From the NCBI GenBank assembly GCA_041192805.1, contig JBEEMF010000101.1:8096-72095 (forward strand): DNA of 64,000 nucleotides, given 5' to 3'. Under the pieces are notes generated by a model. The model made no database searches. It worked only from the letters and a program-made list of their open reading frames with translations, and had not been told where the DNA came from. Both the position numbers and the translations under genes were made by a program. This document shows, piece by piece, positions 48,934 through 56,007 of this stretch. The stretch is from Bacteroidota bacterium. Lineage in GTDB: Bacteria > Bacteroidota > Bacteroidia > NS11-12g > UBA955. Position 1 is the stretch's first letter, and each line of letters starts with the position of its first letter.

Positions 48934-49227
48934 TTAACCCTCTTTTTGTATTTTTTCGAGCTCTTTCTTCACCTCGTCAGGAAAATAAACACCATTACTC
49001 TCCATATCAGCGATAGTTGATGAAATCTTTTGGTACAAAACTTTTGCATCTTTTGCTTCCATCTTCGAAACGTCTTTCCCTTCCAGGAAATATTTCTTCA
49101 TGAATTGATTAAAATTGATTTCAGGGGATTTTTTTTTCGCAACATTAAACTCTTGAAAAAAAATTGGACCAAAGGCGAAAACCAAGAACAACAATGAAAT
49201 TATTATTGTTAAGACAATGATATCCAT
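48934..49227 (-). CDS. Small hypothetical protein with N-terminal TM helix
   Basis: 97 aa ORF starting 6 nt after the upstream small ORF. Confidence 0.65.
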   Translation of the reverse strand: MDIIVLTIIISLLFLVFAFGPIFFQEFNVAKKKSPEINFNQFMKKYFLEGKDVSKMEAKDAKVLYQKISSTIADMESNGVYFPDEVKKELEKIQKEG

Positions 49228-49233
49228 ATCTAT

Positions 49234-49404
49234 TTATTTTTTGCTATTAATAAAATTTAATAATCCCAACATTGTAGGTGGCCACAATCCTATAAATATA
49301 GCTTTCATATAATCGTTTTGATAAACGAACAAATATTCACTGTAGAAAATACATATTACTACAGAAAGTAAGATTAAAATTTCGATGGGTGTGATTTTTT
49401 TCAT
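49234..49404 (-). CDS. 56-aa two-TM hypothetical membrane protein (below the ORF-track cutoff)
   Basis: Manual translation MKKITPIEILILLSVVICIFYSEYLFVYQNDYMKAIFIGLWPPTMLGLLNFINSKK*; TAACTTTG -7 element at 49486-49493. Confidence 0.65.
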   Translation of the reverse strand: MKKITPIEILILLSVVICIFYSEYLFVYQNDYMKAIFIGLWPPTMLGLLNFINSKK

Positions 49405-49560
49405 GTTTTTTAGATTTGAACTCCATAACTAGATCCTCTAAGTAATTGCCTTTTGTGGAATCTGCAATGGATGTACTTAACTGCACAAAGTTACACTTAT
49501 GGCTCAAATTACGTTGTCCATGACGGAATTTTAGACGAATTTTTGTTGAATTATCAATAC

Positions 49561-50271
49561 TTAAATAATGCTATTTTGTGCAGGCAGGTGGCTATACGTT
49601 TGATTTTCCGTTGAAACAAGGACAAACCGAGCAAACAGTTCTTCGCTGTACCATTTATATTTTTGGGTCAGTTTGATTACGTTTTTATGCGTATCATCCA
49701 AATATGCGTAGCGTTTCATGGCTTCAAAATTCTTCCAAACACTTATTGTCGCTTGCTGAATGAAAGGCAATTCACCAATGCCAATGGCATATTCCAGCTC
49801 GTCGAATTTATACAACTCGTTGGCCGTCCGCCCTACTTTCGTCCAAAATTGCCACAATCTATTCCATTTGATTCGAGCCCGGGTGAGAGCAACGATCTTG
49901 CTTGTATCGTCCATAATCGCACCCTGTTGAAATGGGCTGATACCCGACCATTTGCCGTGCGAGACAATGTTCTTTAAGTATAAGGTTTGTAACGATAGGC
50001 ACTTTTTCTGGTATTTTAGAAAATACGGATTCGATGCATAGAAGTCATCGGCGTGCTTTTGAGACTCCCAAACGAGCAACCAAGCGTAGGTGCTAAAACT
50101 GGGCATGAAATCAAACCCCTTTCCTCCCCCAGAACCCATCGACTTAAAAAATGTCAAGCCCGGAACATGTCTCAATCTAAAAATAGCGAGCGGGACCTGC
50201 TTGAAAGCCCAAAAATTGGACGAAATCGACTTCAATTTAAAAATGGTAACGGTTGTAATTTGTTCTGTCAT
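49561..50271 (-). CDS. CrtA-like (spheroidene monooxygenase / carotenoid hydroxylase-like) protein
   Basis: PGLTFFKSMGSG.G.GF, HGKWSG, LTRARI, IGIGELP..QATIS.W, H..VI and WYSEELFARF. Confidence 0.8.
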   Translation of the reverse strand: MTEQITTVTIFKLKSISSNFWAFKQVPLAIFRLRHVPGLTFFKSMGSGGGKGFDFMPSFSTYAWLLVWESQKHADDFYASNPYFLKYQKKCLSLQTLYLKNIVSHGKWSGISPFQQGAIMDDTSKIVALTRARIKWNRLWQFWTKVGRTANELYKFDELEYAIGIGELPFIQQATISVWKNFEAMKRYAYLDDTHKNVIKLTQKYKWYSEELFARFVLVSTENQTYSHLPAQNSII

Positions 50272-50276
50272 GGCTA

Positions 50277-51203
50277 CTATTTTTTCCTAAGTGCAATAGT
50301 TTGGATACCCAAAGGAATCACACGCTCTAGTGCAAATAACGGCATGAGTAGTACTTTCCAAAAGACCAAATTCCAAAAGTGGCTCTCCATCGACCCACTC
50401 CAATCAATATTTTTCTTTTCTTGATTACCCAACCACCAGAGCGTAAAGGCCGACATGGTGCCATATTTGTTATGCTTCACGATTTCCCAATCGTTTTCCG
50501 GGAAAATCATCCTCCAACTTTTGAAACTAAACAAACTAATATGTCGCGGCGAATGCCAACCCTGCCAATATCTTCTTTGTAATTTTTGGATTATCCCTTG
50601 GTACATCGGAACCTCAATCAGAAGCACTCCATTGGGTTTCAAAAGTTGACGACATTTTTCAATGGTTTGATGAATATCATAATCATGCTCAAAATAGTGC
50701 CAGGCCGTAACGAGATCAAACTGCGTATTTAGTTCAATGTTACGCCAATCACCTCGAAGGAGAGTGAGATTTTTGTATTTAGGGTCTTCCCAATGTGCAG
50801 AGGTAAAATCAACACCTATTGTACTAATATTTTCGCTTTTTGCCAATTGCGCCAAAAAATCAGGCTTTCCACAGCCAATATCCAGCACATTCATTTCGGT
50901 TTGCTTATGCAGATGTTCCAACGCCAATTTAACCCTGCGTTTATTTAATTTTTGATCATCCCAAACCACAAAATTGGCATATTTACCCCAAGCTTTTTCT
51001 CCCCTGTATGGCAAATAGGCATCGGTATAATACGGGTCTAATTGATTTTCGGAGACTGGATTTGTTAGAAATACAGATTCGCAGTGGTGGCAACGATTAA
51101 ATGTGTAGATTTCTAATTTTTCAACGTGCATCATCGCTGCAGTTTCAATGTAGAAACTATGATTTTCGCTTTGGCAAATACTACAACTTGGCTTGGATAT
51201 CAT
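50277..51203 (-). CDS. Class I SAM-dependent methyltransferase with an N-terminal Cys4 (Zn-binding) module
   Basis: CSIC..CHHC; VLDIGCG; FDLVTAWHYFEH; LKPNG.L.IEVP; PRH..LF. Confidence 0.85.
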   Translation of the reverse strand: MISKPSCSICQSENHSFYIETAAMMHVEKLEIYTFNRCHHCESVFLTNPVSENQLDPYYTDAYLPYRGEKAWGKYANFVVWDDQKLNKRRVKLALEHLHKQTEMNVLDIGCGKPDFLAQLAKSENISTIGVDFTSAHWEDPKYKNLTLLRGDWRNIELNTQFDLVTAWHYFEHDYDIHQTIEKCRQLLKPNGVLLIEVPMYQGIIQKLQRRYWQGWHSPRHISLFSFKSWRMIFPENDWEIVKHNKYGTMSAFTLWWLGNQEKKNIDWSGSMESHFWNLVFWKVLLMPLFALERVIPLGIQTIALRKK

Positions 51204-51229
51204 TGGGTCGTGTAATGTTCTGTTTGAAA

Positions 51230-51946
51230 TCAAAATGGCTGTCGCTTCCAATCAACACTAATGTCCGAACCTTCTGCAATAATGATAGAGTCTGGTTTTT
51301 TATTGCTTAAATGACTGAATGGAATTCCATACATTCCGGAAAAATCGCATTCTACAGATTTCTCAGTTACATCGTTCACCATCCATCTGGGGTGATTAAT
51401 TTTATACTCCTGAGAGACATTTTCTGAGATTTTGGTATAGCCGTAATAATGTTCAAAAATGAATTCTTCAAGGCTGCCTCGATCCATTTCACGCGAATCC
51501 ATCGTCGCATTCACTTTTATATGATTCCAGCTTGTCCCAACTTTCCATTCGTATTGGATGGACTTAATTGAATTGTCCAAAACTATGTGATGCTTCGTGG
51601 GGATTGCGATGTAATGTTCTTTGTATAATTGATTCGCCAACCAAGCTACGGGTTTGTAAGGTACCGTTTCGTTGATAAAAACTACGCCTCTTCGATAGGT
51701 ATCGCCAACCTTTCGCCTAACGTAAAATCGTAAATTTATCTCTTCAAAGGTTCCCATAAGCGGAATGGGAATGTTAAATATTCTGCAGCGCTTAAAAATA
51801 AATCCCACAAGACTCACGTAGGCTTTTCCATCGTATAGATCTAACTCCACCCCCTGAGGCAGGAAAGGCATAAGTATATCCGCATCAATGTTGTAGTTTG
51901 CCATGATTAGGTTTTCCCACCGTGCCTTCAAAAAAGTCTTTACCAT
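51230..51946 (-). CDS. YqjF/DUF2071 family protein
   Basis: FL.ARWENL.MANY, LPQGVELD, FEEINLRFYV, RGVVF, EFIFEHYYGY and HPRW. Confidence 0.88.
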   Translation of the reverse strand: MVKTFLKARWENLIMANYNIDADILMPFLPQGVELDLYDGKAYVSLVGFIFKRCRIFNIPIPLMGTFEEINLRFYVRRKVGDTYRRGVVFINETVPYKPVAWLANQLYKEHYIAIPTKHHIVLDNSIKSIQYEWKVGTSWNHIKVNATMDSREMDRGSLEEFIFEHYYGYTKISENVSQEYKINHPRWMVNDVTEKSVECDFSGMYGIPFSHLSNKKPDSIIIAEGSDISVDWKRQPF

Positions 51947-51975
51947 GTTTTAATTAGTTATGTGAGCCCTCTGCG

Positions 51976-52126
51976 TGGAAATACCGGTAAAACTGACCAC
52001 CCTAAACCAGCACAAATTGACCCTTCAAAAATACTGAATTTAATCGATTTTAACTCCTCGGTTATCCCCTGTTTTCGGTATCAATTTCAGTCTGATTTTG
52101 AAGGGTCAATTTGTCCGATTGTTCCA
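51976..52126. mobile_element. 151-bp non-autonomous IS21-family-like remnant (MITE)
   Basis: Ends 5'-TG...CA-3'. IRL TGGAAATACCGGTAAAACTGACCA vs reverse-complemented IRR TGGAACAATCGGACAAATTGACCC (17/24). Internal perfect 19-bp inverted repeat at 52012-52030 and 52096-52114. No transposase and no clear TSD. Confidence 0.6.
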
Positions 52127-52136
52127 ACCAACACCC

Positions 52137-52169
52137 GTAACCCTTTATTGATTTTTTAAAAGGGGTTAC
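52137..52169. other. Imperfect inverted repeat next to the MITE
   Basis: GTAACCCTTTA...TAAAAGGGGTTAC. Confidence 0.4.
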
Positions 52170-52320
52170 CAGTTAGCTAACAAAAGTGGTTTACTCATAC
52201 TCACAAATTGTTGATTTTCAAGGGCATCTTATATATTTATGGGATTAATTGCATGAATTGGGATTAAAGTTTTTTATTTGGTTATTTATTGTTTGATTTG
52301 GAATAAAAATAATTAATCTC

Positions 52321-55300
52321 ATGAATAATTCTCAATTCTTAGTAAATAAATATTCGCATTTGTGTATTACCATCATATCCTTAATAGGATTTTCCCAACT
52401 AAATGCCGCAGCGCCAGAGGCTTCTTCAGTTTCAGCAACAAGGGTAACATATTTTGAAGCGAAGCTGAACGCCAGAGTAAATCCCAAAAGTTTGAGTACT
52501 ACCATTAGTTTTGAGTTTGGAACAACTACATCTTATGGTAATTCGGTTAGTATAACTGGTACCTCTTCTGGTAGCGTTACACTATTTAAATCAATCAACA
52601 TTTCAGGTCTTATACCAGGCGGTGTATATCATTATCGGGTAAAAGCATTTAATAAAGATGGCACAACCTATGGAAAAGATAGGGTATTTGTAACAGGTAG
52701 TAATTTTTCAAAAGCGTCCCATGGAAATCAATCTCTTTATGTAGGCGATAATGGATTGGTGTATTCGTGCGGTAGTAACACCTACGGTCAATTGGGCGAT
52801 AGTACTAAAACGAATAGAAAAACTCCAGTGCAAGTATTGAAAGGTGCTTACAGTGGTACAAAGTACTTGGGTGACAACAAGAATAATCCAATCATTGCGG
52901 TTTCTTCAGGCGCAAATTCAAATATGGCCTTGGCTGCGGATGGATCTGTATTTACTTGGGGTGATAACTCCTACGGTCAACTGGGCGATAATACCAAAAC
53001 TGCCACATTGACCCCAGTGCAAGTATTAAAAGGCGCTTACAGCGGTACTACTTATTTAGGCGATAATAAGAACAATCCCATTATCACTATTTTCGGAAGT
53101 GTATTCCATAACATGGCCGTAGCTGCCGATGGAACAGTATTCACATGGGGCTATAATGGCTACTATGAGTTGGGCGATAATACTTATATCGATAAATCAA
53201 CTCCAATTCAACCGCTTACAGGAGCGTATAATGGCACCACTTATTTGGGTGATAATAAGAATAATCCCATCGTCGCTGTTTGTGCAAATGTTTACCACAA
53301 CATAGCCCTGGCTGCGGATGGATCTGTCTACACTTGGGGTTATAACGGTTGGGGTAATTTAGGCGATGGCACAACCAATGATGGAAAAATTCCACTTCAA
53401 GTATTAAATGGTGCGTATAGCGGTACTTCCTATTTGGGCGACAATAGCAATAATCCAATGATCGGTGTTTCGGTAGGGAAATATCACAGTATGGCCTTGG
53501 CTGCAAATGGTACCGTATTTACTTGGGGTTGGAATCCCTATGGTCAATTAGGCGATAATACGACAACCGATAAATCAACTCCAGAGATAGTATTAAAAGG
53601 TGACTACAGTGGCTCAACCTCTTTGGGCGATAATACCAACAATCCCATTATTTCTGTATCCGGAGGGACATATCACAGTAGCGCCATGGCCGTGAACGGA
53701 ACATTATATACTTGGGGATATAATGGCTATGGTCAATTGGGCGATAGTACTAAAACTAGTCAATCAACGCCAGTGAAAGTGTTAAAAGGAGATTATAATG
53801 GTACAAGGTATTTGAGTGATAATAAGAATAACCCCATTGTTGCCGTTTCTTCAGGAGAAACTTCTATCGCCGTTATGGCTGACGATGGCACGGTTTACGC
53901 TTGGGGTGATAACGGCGTTGGTCAATTGGGGGATAATACTACTACCAACAAATCGATCCCTGTTAAAGTGCTTGGTGTTGGTGGAAGTGGCGTATTAGAT
54001 TTGATTACCTACATTCCTAAGAATTTTTTGGGTAGCGATATCAAATCCTGCGGTGTAAACGATAAAAAATTATCGTCGTCAATAAACTTTAGCAAGTACA
54101 AATGGAGCACGGGTGCAACCACTGCAACGATTACAGTAATATCTACCGGTTCATATATTTTAGAGGGGTCCAATAGCGCCGGAGATAAGGCCTTGGATAC
54201 CATTTTTGTTTCAATCATCAATGGTAAAATATCACCCAAAGACACACTTGAATGTAGTGGTAAATCGGTGGTCATGCGGGCCAATGAAACTGGCACGAGT
54301 GCCTCAAATGCCAAATATCCGTTAAAATATACCTGGTCTACCAATGACACGGGTAAAACCACACTTGTAAATACGCTGGGGGTTTCAAAAGTAAAAATCA
54401 CGGTAAGCAACGGCCTAATGACTTGTAAAGACTCAACTACATTAAGGATTACAAATACAAAGTTCAATTTCAAAAAGGATACTTTACTATTCACTGCTTG
54501 TATAAAAGATAGTCTGCGCTTGAGTATCGGCAAACCATGGCGAGAAGTGCGTTGGGGAAATAGTCAAAAAGACAGTATCAGAAAGGATAGCGTGATTTAT
54601 TTAAAGACAACAGATCAATATAGGGTTCGGGTGAAGGATTCGCTGGGATGCTATGCCTATGATACAATCTATTTTTTAAATCCGGGCCCATTATGGACCA
54701 GTGTGGACAGCGTGTTTAACCTGAATTGCTACAGGGATTCAAATGGTCGAATTTATACAACGAGCTATGATGGATTTAAGCCATATACGTATCAATGGAA
54801 CGATTCAAAACAAAGTACCACGACCAAACTTGAAGGCATCCCTCGAGGCAATTATAAGCTCGTGGTGAAGGATTTTTATGGCTGTACAGATACGCTCAAT
54901 CAGAACATCGGAAGCCCCAGTGAAATGTTGCTCACAGTTTCAAGAAAAGACACTGTAAAATGCTATGGGGGATCGGATGGCAGTATTGTAACGGATATTT
55001 CTGGTGGGTCATGGCCTTATAAGTATCAATGGAATGATATAAAGAAACAAACCACTGCTACTGCCAAAGATTTAAGTGCGGGTAACTATAAAGTGGTGGG
55101 CACAGACGCCATTGGCTGTAAAGATTCAATCAAAGTGGAACTTCTTGGCCCCGCTAGATCGCTTACTATAAAGGCCACTGATAGTGTGGTGTGCCAGGGT
55201 GCTATGATTACATTGACAGGCATGGGCGCCAAAACGTATTTTTGGTATGATGACGGCCGCCATCCTGCGGGAATAAAAAATGGAGTACCTTTCGATATCT

Positions 55301-55905
55301 ATTCAAGCAGCGGTAAGAATATTTACAAATTGACCGGCATCAACGCCATCGGTTGCGTGGATACATTGCTTGTTGAAATTCTGGTGAACGACTTACCTAA
55401 AATCGATACAATGTATGGTCCTACAAAAACAATAGCACCAAATACAACGTATAATTATTCAGTAACTCAGAAGTCAGGTGAGAGTTATTCATGGTTGGTA
55501 AGCAATGGCAGCATCGTATCAGGCCAGGGTACAAATGCTGTAGGCATTCAGTGGGCGGGAGACGGTCTCGGGAGCGTGAGTGTAATAGCCACGAATGCCA
55601 ATAAATGTATAGATACGGCGGTACTGCAGACCCTTGTTGGTGGTGTGGCTGTAAAAGAGTTTGGTAAATCGAGTCAGTTCCAAATCTATCCGAATCCTAC
55701 GAACGGGCAGTTCATTTTGGTGGGTGAGAACCTTAACAATGCGAGTGTGGTTGTGATGGATATGTTGGGCAAGGTGGTGGATAAGCGGGTGTCGATTCAG
55801 GGCAACCAGGCCGACTTCAGCACCTCAGACTGGGCTAAGGGCATATATACGGTGGTAATTACTCAGGGCGATGCCAAAGCCACCATGAAGGTGGTGGTGT
55901 ATTAA
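52321..55905 (+). CDS. T9SS-secreted multidomain protein: FN3-like domain, RCC1/BLIP-II repeat propeller, Ig-like/SprB-like repeats, CTD
   Basis: FEFGTT..YG and YHYRVKA (FN3-like); seven (F/Y)xWG.N..GQLGD repeats; CYGGSDGSI..GGSWPYKYQW (SprB-like); IYPNPT CTD. Confidence 0.85.
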   Translation: MNNSQFLVNKYSHLCITIISLIGFSQLNAAAPEASSVSATRVTYFEAKLNARVNPKSLSTTISFEFGTTTSYGNSVSITGTSSGSVTLFKSINISGLIPGGVYHYRVKAFNKDGTTYGKDRVFVTGSNFSKASHGNQSLYVGDNGLVYSCGSNTYGQLGDSTKTNRKTPVQVLKGAYSGTKYLGDNKNNPIIAVSSGANSNMALAADGSVFTWGDNSYGQLGDNTKTATLTPVQVLKGAYSGTTYLGDNKNNPIITIFGSVFHNMAVAADGTVFTWGYNGYYELGDNTYIDKSTPIQPLTGAYNGTTYLGDNKNNPIVAVCANVYHNIALAADGSVYTWGYNGWGNLGDGTTNDGKIPLQVLNGAYSGTSYLGDNSNNPMIGVSVGKYHSMALAANGTVFTWGWNPYGQLGDNTTTDKSTPEIVLKGDYSGSTSLGDNTNNPIISVSGGTYHSSAMAVNGTLYTWGYNGYGQLGDSTKTSQSTPVKVLKGDYNGTRYLSDNKNNPIVAVSSGETSIAVMADDGTVYAWGDNGVGQLGDNTTTNKSIPVKVLGVGGSGVLDLITYIPKNFLGSDIKSCGVNDKKLSSSINFSKYKWSTGATTATITVISTGSYILEGSNSAGDKALDTIFVSIINGKISPKDTLECSGKSVVMRANETGTSASNAKYPLKYTWSTNDTGKTTLVNTLGVSKVKITVSNGLMTCKDSTTLRITNTKFNFKKDTLLFTACIKDSLRLSIGKPWREVRWGNSQKDSIRKDSVIYLKTTDQYRVRVKDSLGCYAYDTIYFLNPGPLWTSVDSVFNLNCYRDSNGRIYTTSYDGFKPYTYQWNDSKQSTTTKLEGIPRGNYKLVVKDFYGCTDTLNQNIGSPSEMLLTVSRKDTVKCYGGSDGSIVTDISGGSWPYKYQWNDIKKQTTATAKDLSAGNYKVVGTDAIGCKDSIKVELLGPARSLTIKATDSVVCQGAMITLTGMGAKTYFWYDDGRHPAGIKNGVPFDIYSSSGKNIYKLTGINAIGCVDTLLVEILVNDLPKIDTMYGPTKTIAPNTTYNYSVTQKSGESYSWLVSNGSIVSGQGTNAVGIQWAGDGLGSVSVIATNANKCIDTAVLQTLVGGVAVKEFGKSSQFQIYPNPTNGQFILVGENLNNASVVVMDMLGKVVDKRVSIQGNQADFSTSDWAKGIYTVVITQGDAKATMKVVVY
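52753..53976 (+). repeat. Seven tandem 189-bp (63-aa) RCC1-type coding repeats, last one partial
   Basis: Unit starts at 52753, 52942, 53131, 53320, 53509, 53698 and 53887, at exact 189-nt spacing. Confidence 0.92.
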
Positions 55906-56007
55906 TGGGGTTCCTTGAATCCTTATTAAAATAGTTGTTGTTTAACATACAATTACCTAAGTTGCGGGCAGCACAAAAACTCTTTGTCCAGCAACAAATA
56001 CAACCTT

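Noticed and set aside
51962-52159. 65-aa ORF in the track
   Set aside because: It coincides with the inverted-repeat element and has no transposase-like or other motifs.
52753-53976. 189-bp repeats as a CRISPR array or DGR template/variable repeats
   Set aside because: They are in-frame coding repeats with no spacers, differences are not confined to adenines, and no cas or reverse transcriptase gene is in the window.
44678-55905. tRNA-Cys-anchored integrative island
   Set aside because: No integrase and no duplicated tRNA 3' end (attR) seen by eye. The region looks accessory but an integrative element cannot be supported.
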